DNA of 44,477 nucleotides. Source: Spirogloea muscicola (lineage: Eukaryota). A program made the translations under genes and the position numbers. Positions 15,101-28,492 of the stretch are shown here, piece after piece. The stretch covers positions 1,177,431 through 1,221,907 of the forward strand of contig WELB01000013.1 of assembly GCA_009602725.1 (NCBI GenBank), read 5' to 3'. Position 1 is the first letter of the stretch; each line of letters opens with the position of its first letter. Below the pieces are notes generated by a model. It was not told the DNA's origin, searched no databases, and saw only the letters and a program-made list of their open reading frames with translations.

Positions 15101-18100
15101 TCTGTCAACAGCCATGTATACCTTTCTAAAGCCTTCCTTTCCCAAAAGCGTCTGGTACATTCGAACAACCTCAGCGCCTTTCTCGTACACGGTGTGAGTG
15201 TAGAAGTTGTCCATCTTGATGTAAGACTCTGGTCGGATTGGGTGCGCCATGGGTCCAGCATCTTCAGAGAACTGAGAGGATCTGAGACGCATGACGTCAC
15301 TGATGCGCTTGACTGCCCTGCTGTTCATGTCCGCTGAAAACTCCTGGTCACGGAAGACCGTGAGTCCCTCTTTGAGACTCAGCTGGAACCAATCGCGACA
15401 CGTTACTCTATTTCCTGTCCAGTTGTGAAAGTACTGCACACAGAGGTGCATTGGTCAGTCGAGTTGAAGAGTGGCTGCTACAGAGACAGCGGCCGCCCAT
15501 ATGTGCAGCTGCTAGTAGGCACTCTTTGCAGATGCCAGAGAATTCCTCATAATTGCAAGTTTACCTCATGTGCAATGACGCCCTCAATAGCTGAGTAGTC
15601 AGCATCTGTAGCAGTTTCAGGAGTTGCTAGGACCAACCTGGAGTTGAATATCTGCCATGGGACTAAAACAGCTGAGTCGTTGTATACAGTTCAGCACTAA
15701 TTCTATGACAACATGCAAACTACCATTGCGGTGAATCATGTGTCTTTTGCAGCATCATGAGCACCAGTGTTTAAGAGGAAGGCTACAAGTGAGAGTACAG
15801 AGTACAGGACCGGGACAGCAGGAGATCAGTCAAGCTCCTTACATTCAAAGACTTGTTCTCCATTGCCCCCATGTTGAAGTCTGGCACCTGCACACTGCGT
15901 CCAGTTCAGAGAAGTAGATAGCATAGCAGGTGCAAACTTGGTGCTGAAGCAGTAATCACCAAGTCAACGTAAAGAATGCCAAAGAAGATGGAAGATGCTA
16001 GGCCGAACCTTGCATGCCACTAAGCTGAACTACAGAATAGGTGCTGCAAAGCTCACTGCTACGATGTTGAAGAGGTCAAGGTCGTACTCCAGGCCAAATA
16101 CCTACACAGGAATCAGTCATCAGAGCAGACTCAAGGCTGACAGGGCAATACACAGAGCACACTGAAGACAAATTGTAGAGACAACATTCAATTGTCTGCA
16201 TAAGGGAATACGCAGTAGAAGCTCACCTCTTCATCCCATTTCATTGAAGCTTTCAAAGACCGCATTGCATGGTCGCATTTGTGGAGGTCACTTTCATTCA
16301 CATATATCCTCAGGATCACAGTTCTCCCAGACTTTGTCTGAAAAGTATCCTCCAAACAAGACAAATTGCCAGCCACCAGTGCAAATAAATAGCAGGGCTT
16401 CTTGAATGGATCCACCCAAAGTGCAAAGTGCTTGCCGTTCTCCATCTGACCTTGATCAACCAGATTTCCATTTGAGAGGAGCACTGGATAGAGGTTCTTG
16501 TCACCCTCAATCCTGGTTGTAAATTTTGCCATTACGTCTGGCCGGTCCTGCAGAGCCAGTGGAGTAAGACGGCTGTTAAGCGTGTAAAGCAAGCGAAACA
16601 TCCTAATTCTTCAAGCAGTCTATGTTGGGATATTCAGTTGCCAACTCCATCAATGACACCAAAGAAGCAGTCACATTGTAGTATCCTTGAGCCGTAAGCA
16701 TGTAGCTGCTCAATCCAGACCTGGAAGTAGGTGATCTTTCGGAAGCCCTGAGCCTCACATTGGGTGCAGAAATTCCCGCTAGACTTGTATAGCCCCTGCC
16801 ACAACCATGCCCTTTTCACTTACCCGTGGCGAGGTGGAGCTAACATGAGCAGCAACAGCCTTAGTCTAATCCTTAAGAAGCAGGCTCACTGTTCAGTCAA
16901 TGGTACTGACATAGAGACTGCTACAGAGTCTTAGTTGTGCGAGAAGTTCCTCAAGAGCAATTCACAACATGCCAGCAAGATAAGTATACCTCCAGCGACG
17001 TGTTGCTCTGCGGTTCGATTTGGGTGATAATCTCAAGCTCGAACACCTCTTGGGGAGGGTTGAGAATGGTCATTGCCCGCTTGGACTGCCTGTACTCAGA
17101 CTCCTGCACAACAAGTAGCAGCTCACTTGTTAGAAATGTAAGACATTGTGTACCAAAGCACCTGAGCAAGCCCAGAGCGCAGAGCTGGTGAGGTCAAGAA
17201 AGTGCTCACGGACAGCTCCTTGCGGTTGATACTGATTGATAGAAGCTTAATGTTCTCCCCATCCAATCTCAGGCCTCGTCCTATTATAGACCAGGCGTCA
17301 GAGCAAGGATCAGCGACATGAAGTACTGAAGCACGCCCACGAAGAACGAAGATGTCGTCAAGCCTTGTACCAAAGCAAGACAAAGCTCAAAAGCGGGAGT
17401 AGAGAGGTCAATTTGTGGTCATCAGAGTCACTTGCCACTCTGGTCCATGGGCTTGACCCTGATCACAGACTTCACGATCGTGTGATCCTCTCCCAGCAAG
17501 AATGTGAGGTCAACCTGCAATCATGAGGCATAAATGTCTGAAGACTGACTAAACAGCCAGGCTGCCTATTCAGCTTCATCAGAGCGGAGATTCCTGTTGC
17601 CTAATTGCAGCATAGAATACAAATTAGCTCCTGTGCGCGGTAGGAAGAGAGTGTGGTCCACTCCTTTTCCAAGATGAAGGATAGCGCAACTGCAACCCTT
17701 CTCATGTTTTCATGCCATGTCATGTCACGTCAGTTGCTTATAGCTTGACGTACAGTCTCGAAGCTGTGTGACGGGGGCTTGTAGTCGCGCAAAAAGATCT
17801 CAACAGGCGCATCTGTCTCCTCCTCCAAGGTGTCACTTGTTCGATCCTGCTCATCAAGTCCAGGCACAAGTGCAAGCCTTGACCAGTCCGTTGCTTGTAG
17901 TAGGCACTTGACATGCCAAACTAGAGTCAGATACTGCTACACAATCACAACAAGCTTTGGCAGAAGAGTGGGCCTCGTAGGCTTAGCGCTACGTGGATAT
18001 GGGAGTACCTGAACAGCCACAGTGCACGTCACGCGCTCCCCATTCGGAGGCATCTTCCTCTGTATGCACAGGGTTGTGAGTTCTTACTTGGCACAACAAT

Positions 18101-18687
18101 TCTAGGAGGTACGGTCCCATGCCCACTGCACGGGCGCGATGAAGAAGTAGGTAGGCAGAGGAGGTATCCAGAAGCGAGGAGCTCAGATTGAGCGTGCTCG
18201 TGAGCTGTGCTCACCTGAAAGGCTCTGAGATTGCTGCAGATCAGCCGTGGCGACTGGGGGACCTGCCAGAGCACCCGCCTCGTTGGCGTAATTAAGCCTC
18301 AATCGGGACACAGTTGCCAATTGCAGCGAAGGAAACGAGAAACAGCACCCCAAATCCTCACCGAGGGTGCAGGAATGAAGCTGGAGACAAGGGCTGTGCG
18401 CCACAGGCTACGGGTCGTCGAGGTTGCAAGTGGCCGGCGCGTGAAGCACAGGCCAACCTGCGACGTGACGCTGCACGTCTGAGTATTGGCAAGGCATTAT
18501 CGCAAAGAAGCGGCAGCAGAGGCCGCCCGCGGAGCAGCGCTCGCCCTCCTGGGCCAGGCGGCGACGCCGGGCCTAGGGAGGCATGTCGAGGACCTGACGC
18601 GCGACGGCGAGCGCGGGCGCCGCCAGGGCCAGTCTGGAGGCGTCGCAGGCCCGCATGTCGCGCCGCGCGGCGCGGAGGCCGCGCCGG
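12112..18687 (-). CDS. pepN: M1-family aminopeptidase N, PepN type (plant MPA1-like), more than 20 exons; start probably in N-gap 18688-19022
   Basis: Motifs [87 protein letters not shown] (HEXXH...E zinc motif split by an intron), [15 protein letters not shown] and C-terminal [15 protein letters not shown]. Confidence 0.95.
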
Positions 18688-19022
18688 NNNNNNNNNNNNN
18701 NNNNNNNNNNNNNNNNNNNNNNNNNNNNNNNNNNNNNNNNNNNNNNNNNNNNNNNNNNNNNNNNNNNNNNNNNNNNNNNNNNNNNNNNNNNNNNNNNNNN
18801 NNNNNNNNNNNNNNNNNNNNNNNNNNNNNNNNNNNNNNNNNNNNNNNNNNNNNNNNNNNNNNNNNNNNNNNNNNNNNNNNNNNNNNNNNNNNNNNNNNNN
18901 NNNNNNNNNNNNNNNNNNNNNNNNNNNNNNNNNNNNNNNNNNNNNNNNNNNNNNNNNNNNNNNNNNNNNNNNNNNNNNNNNNNNNNNNNNNNNNNNNNNN
19001 NNNNNNNNNNNNNNNNNNNNNN

Positions 19023-21097
19023 CGCGCCTGCGGACGACCAGGCCGCCGCTGCGCCGCTCCGCAGGCCCGCGCCGCGCCCCTGGAGCTTCGGCCACGTCTT
19101 CGTCGTCTTCGTGGCGGCCGTGGCGGTGAGCGCGCCGCGCGCTCGCCCTCTCGCCGCGGCCGTCGTCGGTCCGGCCATGCTGCCGCCTGGGAAGAGCCGA
19201 ATCCGGCAGCGGCGGCAGCTCGGGGGACTGGTCCGCCGGCTCGAGGGCTCTACCACGACGATTTGCGGATGCTCGCGTCGCCGCGGCGGCTCGAGCTGGC
19301 GACGCATCGATCGTCCGGCGCAGCTCTTAAAGCATGAATCTGGCGAGCGTTTACACTGATTCTGCCGCTCTGCTCCCCTGCCCGGTGTGCATCTGCGCGC
19401 AGCTCGGCAACGTCGTCACTCTGCGGCGCCGGCTGCTGAACATCGAGAGGCTGCATGCCGACTTTGTGGGCTTCCCATCCTCCTCCCACATTTGCCAGTC
19501 CCCACGGACTTGGCAAGCGTCCGCTTGCCGCACACCCGAGTGCTCTTCTGGGTCGTCCTTGACGGGCTCGATGCCTGTTGGGCTGACATCCAGGCCCTGC
19601 CTCTGCGTGCAGTCTGGAGGGAGGAGCAGCTGGCGGGGGCAGCAAGGGCGAGCTCAGGGCTCGACGGCCAACGGGTCGCGGCAGCAAGAGGAGTACGAGC
19701 GGGCCAAGGCGCAAGCGGCGCAGGCCCGGCGCATGTGGGAGGAGTACCAAGAGGAGCTCAGGCGCAAGGTAGTCGAGAACCCCTAGCCCTATACGTTCTG
19801 CTGCGCAGGAGACCCATGTCACTGGCATGGCTCTTGCATAACGACGGGACAGGACAAGCCTCATGCCCTCCTGATGCAGTCTGTTTCTCTTGCGGCTCCG
19901 TGACCATCACGAAGGCCCTGATCTGAGTTGGGGGTGTACGACACTGATTAGCAGCAGGAGCACTGGTGGCGGATGCACCAGGAGGAGGAGAAAGAGAAGG
20001 AGCGCTTCCGCAAGGCGTACTCCCGGTGGCAGCAGCAGCACCAACAGCAGCGCAGCCGCTACTGGCAGTGGGACGAGGAGGAGAAGGCCAAGTGGAACTA
20101 CGAGGAGAGCTACCGGAAGCCAGCGATGCCTGTCAATCGGGGCGCTCTAGATCATTATGCTGCCCTTGGCCTCGACAGGTAGGGGCCACCTCCTCTGGTT
20201 GTTGCGGAAGGTGTCGGCCGTTTGCAGGCATCTTTGCCAAAGCTCAGACATAAGGATGGGCTAGACACAGGCTGATCTTGGGCCAGGCCCGTAAATTATA
20301 TCGCTTGCATCACTTCAGGAGAGCCTAACTTTTTTCCACTGTGACTTGACGTGTCCAGCTCTGCCTGACATGAAGTAGTGAAGCAGTATCTGGAGAATGT
20401 CTGGCTCAGTCTGTGAGTCGAGCTGCTTCAAGAATGGTGCGTGCATGCTCTGTACCAGCACAGGGCCAAGCTGATCTAGACGGTGTTTGCTTCATTGCTC
20501 TTTCAGATCAAGGGCTGAGCCTTTCACAGCTGCAGAACTGAAGGTGAAGTATATCTCTGTCAGAGGCCTTTTGGCTTGTCATGCATATGCTATGGGTTGG
20601 TGCTTCGTACATACTTGGCTCCTTGCTTCCGACAAGGAGACAGGCCACAGATTAGATGCACTACAGTGGCAGAGGAGGGTGAGCTTCTGAGAATTGTCCT
20701 CTTCACGCATAAGATTTGTTGTGATACAGGCAGCATTTCGTTCCAAAGCAATGGAGCATCACCCCGATCGCAACCCCTTGAACAAGGGTAAGGGCCTTAC
20801 TCTATAGTGTAACTTATGAACTATCAGTTCTCAAAGGAGGTTCTTCTGGACAGTGTTTCTTAGACTGAAGCATATTGTAGGTGCACGCAACATCTTGGAC
20901 TGGGCTTCTATGTTGCTACTACGATATCATGAACTTCGTAGTTGTACGATCAATAGCTGAACTCTTTTAGCTGTAGCTGGCTCTTTGTGCTGATATTGTC
21001 TTTTTCTCGTGCAGAGGAGTCTGAATACAGATTCCGACAAGCAGTCAACGCATATGAGGCCCTGCGTCCAAAGATACGACAGGGCCCTTTGTCATGA
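19023..21097 (+). CDS. DnaJ-domain protein with C-terminal J-domain and N-terminal hydrophobic segment; start in N-gap
   Basis: Spliced: FGHVFVVFVAAVA (TM-like), an E/R/Q-rich coil, then DHYAALGLDR|SRAEPFTAAELK|AAFRSKAMEHHPDRNPLEQ|EESEYRFRQAVNAYEALRPKIRQGPLS* with an intact HPD motif. Confidence 0.88.
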
Positions 21098-21750
21098 ATA
21101 CAGAGTTGCCACTAGTGGTGGCAGAGACCGCAACCTGCTGTCTGGTAGCGGTGAATGAGGCCTGTCATTGGTGGACCTTCAGGCCCTGATGCAGTGGTAG
21201 TCTAGTTTACCTCTAATTCCCGTATGGGATACATTCTTTGGTTGACATCACACTCCGACACAAAAGTGCCCCTGTGATGCTGGCTGGGTTGGCTTTTGAA
21301 ACTGTGACGAACGATTTTGACCTTCATTGACAAATAGCTGCACAACATACTGCATGAGTCAAGCAGCATTGAAGGTGCACGACAAGAGAGTGAGACTTCT
21401 GAAGCAGTTGCTGGGCGGGTCACCGGGGAATCATCTGTAGTAGCCACTCTTCCTGTCGTTTGGTCGTGCACTTTCGAGTCAGGGCTGTCCAGTGGACCTT
21501 GTCCATTCCTCCTGAGACGGCATCTTACAGTCAAGGCCTCTTAGGAGGAGGAGCTATTCTCTTAAGGGGGTTGATTTTGTAGTGGAGTCCTGGAAGGTCG
21601 GCGTCCTGGACCTGCATTGTGCCTTTCGGCCCCTTGGGACCTCGACCCTACTCTTTGGGCTGGGCTGGGCCGGGCTTTCCCAGCCGAATGAGGATGAGCC
21701 CTGTCCACTCTCTTGTGGTTTGACTTTTCAATGGCTTGTCAATTCTTTTC

Positions 21751-22206
21751 AATCCTAAACCCTAAATGGCTAAACCAGAGAGGAGTGGCACTTTGTCAAT
21801 TCTTTTCGGGCTGGGAGGAGTGGCACTCCCAATGGGGGCAAGGGCTGTGAGAAGCCCAGCCCGAAAAGAATTGACAAAGTGCCACTCCTCTCTGGTTTAG
21901 CCATTTTCCGTATCGCAAACCCCAAACCCTCCCCCAAATTAGCGCAGGTCAATTTGCCCGGGGGGGAACGACTTGCGGAGAGCCACGGTGGCATTGTCGC
22001 CAGCTCGGCTGCCAGCGTGACAAAGCCGTCCATTGAAGAGGCTGCAATCTGCCAGCCTGGAATTATACGTGGCCGGATATGTAGCTCCTCCGCGGCCGAG
22101 CTAATTGCGCACAGCACCCCGCAGCCGCCGCCGCCGCTGCCGCCGCCAGCGCCATGGCCGCCGCCGCCGCCGCGCCGCCNGATTAGGGTTAGGGCTTCGA
22201 TTTAGG
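21751..22206. promoter_or_regulatory. Short interstitial telomere-like / telo-box motifs around a gene start
   Basis: cctaaaccctaaa at about 21754-21766, aaacccaaaccct-like at about 21918-21930, and ttagggttaggg at 22183-22194. Confidence 0.35.
21764..21906. repeat. Perfect 52-bp inverted repeat with a 39-nt spacer (hairpin or MITE-like)
   Basis: 21764-21815 (aaatggctaaaccagagaggagtggcactttgtcaattcttttcgggctggg) is the exact reverse complement of 21855-21906. Confidence 0.95.
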
Positions 22207-23590
22207 TCAGGTCGTCACTGTGGCGCGGTCTCCGCACGGCAGGGCACAGCCCGGAGCCTCCTGCGAGCGGCGGCGGGCGCGGCGGCGGCGGCGGCAGCGG
22301 CGGCGGCAGCCTTGTCGTGGAGGCCGCGAAGCGCGTCGGCGGCGTCCGCCAGTACGCGCTAAGCTCCACGCTGGCCGCTGCCGACGGCAGCGAGGCCGCC
22401 GTTGCCGACCTCTGCAGCGGCATCGTCGGCTGGGCCAAGGGCCAGAAGGTTCGCGCCGCTGCCGCCGTCGCCGCCGCCGCCGTCGCAGCCGCCGCCGCCC
22501 GGCCGAGCCGAGCAGGGAGGCTGTCGAGCTAAACTTACGGCCAAAGCAACCCAATGCCGCCGCCATCGTGCCGCCCATGGTGCCGCAGCCAACTAGAGCT
22601 TGCCTACGGGGCGCTCTGCCGCGGCTCCGTCGCCGCATCCTTCGCGTCGACGGTCCTCAAGGCCCTCTGCGCGCCTTGCGGCACCGGCTGTGCAGGCGGA
22701 CAGCAAGGCGGGCATCGTGCAGTTTGAGTGCAACGCCGACGCCTTTGAGCAGCGCGTGTTCCACTTCTGGGAGGTGTACGACAGCTCGCTCTGCATGAAC
22801 GACGTGCGCGCGTCGCCCGAGCACTGCAAATTCATGACCGAGGTGCGGACTCCGCTCCACCAACACAAACCCCGCCTCCTTTGGCACCAGCGCCGCCTTT
22901 AGGAGAGGGTGTAGCAGCTCATGGCAGTGCTTTTTAAGTCAAGTGCCTTGACGGTGCCGGTGGGTTTGGAGCAAGTCATGTACTTTGACATGCTTACAGA
23001 CCTTGCTATTGTGATGAGCAGATGAGCTGCTGAACTGATACTTCATGATGTGCAGGTGAGGCCGCTGCTGACGGGTCCGGTTGCGTTGGCCGCCTATGAG
23101 TACACCAATGGTCAAATTGGCCACATGCTAAACCCCATTGGTGAGTTTCCTGGTCACGCACTCGGGGGAAGGTGCAGCCGCCTAGATTTTCCCCGACACT
23201 CCGAGAGCGTGCATGGTTGACTTCGTTAATCACCAAAGCTTAATGCTATTCCATGACCAATCTCGTCATCCTTGGTCGAGAGTACATCCAAGCACAAGAA
23301 GCAAAGCACAAAGTGGATGGCATAAGAGTGACTGTGTTGACGGCCTCCTCGTGTGTCCCCGGGCAGGGCCCAAGGGCGAGGGAGGGCTGGACGATGCAAC
23401 AGGGCAGGGTGGGAGTGGTGGCGGAGCCAGCTACAAGCAGTCATCGCCAAGTATGAGCCAGGGCGTGGGCGAGCGCGAGGGCTGGGGCATGGAGAGCATG
23501 CTGGAGAAGCAGGCCAAGTCCGCACAGAGCGCTGTTTCCAAGTCAGCCGACTTCTTGAAGAGCCTGTTGGGCGTTCCCGGCAGAAAGTGA
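22154..23590 (+). CDS. ABM (antibiotic biosynthesis monooxygenase)-like dimeric alpha/beta barrel protein, probably plastid-targeted
   Basis: ATG at 22154, then a gap n, then exons 22206-22448, 22696-22842, 23056-23140 and 23367-23590. They give a transit-like RSSLWRG...LVVEAAK, then GIVQFECNADAFEQRVFHFWEVYDSSLCMNDVRASPEHCKFMTEVRPLL (ABM-like pattern) and a GPKGEGGLDDATGQGG tail. Confidence 0.7.
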
Positions 23591-24234
23591 CCAACTATGA
23601 CCACTCACTAGTAAGAAATACTGGCAGTTGTTACGGAAGTAGTCCAACTCTGCACAAACTGCAGACTCTTGGTGAAGCTCACTGAAAAGGTAATTTTCTG
23701 AGAGCTCACCTGCTGGTTCAGGCAAGAAGCTACCATTCGCCGATTCTTGCATTCAAACTTGGTGTCGGATTCCTTCCTTGGTGACTTATGTCCCTACTAT
23801 ACAGGGCCTGCCCAGAACATCATTCAGGACTTTAACATTGGCACGCTCATACTGGCTGAGTAGCAATCAGCATTATAAGGAGTGCCCATGTAAGTGTACT
23901 GAGCAATTAGTGAGTCGGACAAGCTTTTCCCCACAATGTGCCAAGCTTAGCTGGTCAAAGTGCCAGCCTGTCACGCAGCATAAGGCCAGCGCCAAAAGCG
24001 CAAAATTGAGGAATGTGAGGACTGAGCTTCCTACCTCTAGGTGGAGGCAAAATGCCTCCTGAGTAGAGTCAAGCGATTGACTGCCTTGTGAGACCGGTTG
24101 TGCAGTATCTCAAGAGCAGTGGTAGTGAGTATGGTGACAACCCACTCCATTCCGCAGCAGTAATGCTTGTGCAGGTGCTCGTCCATATGTACACGCACAC
24201 CTAGAACTTCATCTTCTACACGACAGCGAAGAGC

Positions 24235-27200
24235 TTAAGCATGGGGCGTGGAGGACAGTAGCATGGGGTCGGCAAACTGCTCATTGACTTCCTCGTCTGG
24301 CATGGGCGCCACGATACTGCTGCTCTCCACAATGCCTTGTGGGCCAAGAGTGAGGGTTGGAAGCATGAATGCAAGCACCAGCGCCACAAACTGCAAGAAG
24401 AAACGCAACTTGGTTATTTTCGCAAGCTACTGTAGAACGGATAATCTGGATATAGCGGCCAAATAAACACTCCACAATATCCCGTCCCATCGACTGGTTA
24501 CTTACGTCTGCCGCTGCACCCACAAGGAAGGCGAAGCCGGGAAGAGGCAAGGGCGGGTGTGGAGACAGGAAAATTGCTGGTGCAGAGTGCATGAAAGTCG
24601 TCAGCCGTTCAGTTTACCACAAGCAAGCAAGGAGCTGTTTTGGCTGACAGGTACATCATGCGCTTGCCCACTGTCTAAAACAGTGTCAGTAGTTTCTACA
24701 TCTTGCGCGTCATGGTTAGCTAAGAGACAAGAGCATAGCTCAATAAGAATGTATCACCGACCTGTAATGGCATTGAATAAAAGAGGTGCCAAAGCTGATG
24801 CCATTGAACGCACTCCACTAATTACACCTTGCATCTTGCCCTGGATTTACAACAAATGCACGGTCAATGCTTGGCAAGCCTGCCATGCATAATTTCACAA
24901 GCACCTGGGAGAATGGTGAACATCAAGGGAAGAAGGGAGAAAGGAGGAAGGCGGGCGGGGGAAAAGGGGTAAAATTCTGTGATGATAAGTGATGGCCATG
25001 TTCCTGTCTGGAGAATTGTGAATACGGGTTGGAATATGGAAGAATGACGGGAGGCAAGGAAAAGGGGGGGGGAGGGCGAATATTGGAGATTGAGTGGTGG
25101 CCATGTTCCTGGCTGGTAGCAGGTCAAATGGGTTCCTCACTTGCTATTGAACAGAACTTAGCTATGGCGATGTCTACGTCTGTGGGGGAAAAAGCCAAGT
25201 ACCTGCTCATCTGCGGCTGCTGCCTGTGACACCATGCTTCCAATCTGTCACAAGGTGATCAAGAGCATATCGAGTCAGTGCAATCAGCGGAAGGAGCACT
25301 GATCTGCTAGCCATACCCTGATCCCTGACCATAAAGCCCGGATACAGGGCCGAGCAAAGACGAGATTAGTGTACATGTACATCGTCTTTCTACTCAAGGA
25401 AGCTCATAGTTGGAAAAACAACGATTGCAGGACAAAACAGCCTGCTGATCAGGAAGCTCACAGTAGGAAAGACAAGGAAGTTGGCGCAGGACATAGCAGC
25501 AGCCAAATACGGTACCCATGAACTCCAAGCTATCCCATACAGGACGCACTGAAAGCAGAAATCAGACAGTGCAATCAGACTGCAAGTGCAGGTGTCATCT
25601 TGTAACTGGGGTCGACATCATGAGTTGCTACTTACAACTGTGGGCAAGAGAGACCAAGCGATGAAACCAGATTGCAGCGAAAAATACATGTCAAGGCACC
25701 ATTGTAGGGCACAATCAACCACATCACAGATTCCTACACATTGAAAATTCTTCACTCTAGCAGAGATTGCAGATGACACTAAATACGAAGTTGAGAGCGT
25801 ACATGTACACCACCGAAAAACAACCCAATCAGCATAACAAGGCGAACACCAAGTGTGTGCACAAGCACAGGGAGCAGAAAGAGCTGTGCAAGCAATCCAG
25901 ATACTATGGCGATATCAGACAGATGAATATAAAAAGGTGAGATTACCCAAATTAAGTGTACCCTGCCAATTGTACGGACTACACCTTCAAGATAAGCTGT
26001 GCAGTGTTGAGACTGGAAAGTCAACAAGGAGGTGCACAGAGGCAAGGCTAGCCTACAAGATATTTGTATGCTGCTTATGTGCAAAGAGCCAAGGACTGTC
26101 AAGTTACCTGGGTAAACATGGAACATACTCCTACAAGCAGGAAAACCTGGGCAAACTGGTCTTTTGCATAATCGAATACTCCTTTGAGGTAAAACTGGAG
26201 TGAGGCATAGGTGACAAATTGCTTGTGAGATGCAGTCACAAGCTCAGAACTTGCTTAGAGCTAGCTAGGGAGCAATCCAAGGATTACAGGAAGCAGAACC
26301 TTCTTGTCCTACTTACATCTTCGATTAAGCACTGAGTGACGTCCTAAATGACCACGCACCAATAGTGAAGCAGTGATGCCAGCCTCAACAAAACTGGACG
26401 TGAAGGAGATCAGTGCCAAGAGCACCAGTGTTCGACTGCAAAAGCGTGAGAGGAATACTGATTAGAACTTCTTTGACATGCACACTTCTCCCGAACGTGA
26501 GGATATCTGATATGTATGAATACAATGGCTATTATGTTGGGAAATCAAGTGAGAGTTCTTCATCTTACTTGTTCCAGATGCTAGTCATCGCAGTCCTCAA
26601 TGTCGACTTGCTTCGGATCAGCTGCTTGTGAGGATGGCTGTCTCTTTTTTGTAGAAAAGGGTGACTTGCTTTGCCTTCTTCAATGGACTTATCAACGAGG
26701 GGCTGCCGATGTAAGGACTCTGGCAAAAATGCTGCGAGGTAGAGAGTAGCCAAAGCCAGAGTAACGACTGCAACCTGCGCCAATGCATTTCAAATCCTCG
26801 CATCACCTCAAGAGACAATAGCTGCTTGCATTATTCTTGACCACGCGTTAGCTTTTTCAGATTACATTGATGAGTGTGACATAGAGTTCAACAGCGCCTG
26901 AGGGCCTGAGGCAAATGCATCTCGAGTGTGTAGAAAGCCATGATACTGACCTGGAACACAATGGTTATAGGCAGAAAACGTGAGATGCTTGTGCCAATGA
27001 TGAAGGCTATTGACAGGGAGCCCATGACGAAGCCAACTGCACTCGCACGATGGTCCTCTGGCATGACATCAGCCTACAATAACAGCACAGCCAATCCTCA
27101 GAGGAGCTACTTCTGTCATAAGTCCTACAGGGCAGGTTTACGCTTTGCAGGAATTGCGGAAGTTGTGTAATATGTCCGAAACTACACCATGCACACAACT

Positions 27201-28492
27201 TTTGCACACAACTTGTGTGTGCAATGTTTTGACCATGACATGGTCAAAACATTCGTCCATTCAATTGCATATGCAAGGTCACAAAATTTGCCGCCATCTT
27301 CTAGAATGTGAGCGGGATGTGCCAGTAAGTAATATGTAGGTACGCCTGCAAGACAGCTTACGATGTACGCAAGGATGAGGCAGAATGTAGCTCCATCACC
27401 CAGCACGCCAGCCAGTGTCTTGACAGCATAGTATATATAGACAGCACAACCACTTGTGCTATATGATAGCACAACTGCAAGGAAGGTGAGGTGCAAGCGA
27501 GATTCCTGTGAGCTACTTGTAAGTGCCATGGCGGGCAGCTGAAGGCCAGTGTGTTGGCAAGCCTAAGTATTCCTAAAATAAATCCCCCTGCAAGCTGAGC
27601 TCCTCTCTACTGAGCAGCTGCGCAAGTCCTGCTTGCTTGCTAACGAGCAATATAGGGCTGGTTAGAAGCTTGAGCACGCCGGACTTTACCAAGACAGGGC
27701 AGCAAACGCAGTAGATGCAGCAGATGCAACTCACCCCATTGCATGATCCCAGTTGCAAATGAGAAAATGAGGAGCGGTTTTCGCCCATAATCGTCTGACA
27801 GGCTTCCAATAAAGGGTACTACAAAAATAGCCCCAAGCCCTGATATCTGTGAGAACGATATGCTTTGTCAAGCCACACAATCTCAAAGACCACCTAGTGC
27901 TGCTCAACTCCTTCACAGCCTGACTAAAAGCTTATGACCTCAATCCCGTGGAGGCATGGGTGTGCAACACTGCTTCAGGGAGGCACGCTTTTCTCACAGC
28001 TGATGAAGTGGCGCTGATGTACAAGACTCGCGGGCAGCTCGTCTCACCGTCACCACAAATTGCTCTCACTGTGATGTCAGTGACTGCTGGGAAGGCGATG
28101 ACAGCTCCAACACAACTCAAGAAGAAGGGGATCATCAGCCCCAGTAGAGGCTGCGTCACAGCATAAACACCACGACAACAAGTTGGCGATGATCTGAGCC
28201 CCTGCTAGTGATGATCAATGCATATATTGTAAGGATGGCCATGTCCCTTGAGCAGTAAGAGTGGGTACCCGACGAAGGTGCAGGCATCCAGCTCAGCTCT
28301 GAGCATGTCTAGTGCCTTGCCATGCATTTGCCAGCTACAAATGACTGATATTACGACCACTGTCCCTTGCATCGCTTCGGTAAGCCAGTGTGGGGCACAC
28401 TTGCCAGAAGCTGCAAGCTGCATTGCAAAGGCCATTCGTGGCTCAGATTGCCACACCTTGTAAGTCCTGAGGAGCTCCATGACTCCCATCAT
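24235..28492 (-). CDS. MFS transporter, HIAT1/MFSD14 (plant tetracycline-transporter-like) family, multi-exon
   Basis: MMGVMELLRTYK|PLLG...FPAVTDITVRAICGDGETSCPRVLYI, MFS motif A GSLSDDYGRKPLL, YLAAFLPESL, QAAAADEQ|GKMQGVISGVRSMASALAPLLF, PLPGFAF; ends TPHA*. Confidence 0.9.

Noticed and set aside
22183..22206. TTAGGG repeats as a chromosome end or fusion scar
   Set aside because: Only 2-3 units next to a gap in a probable first intron; consistent with a common telo-box.
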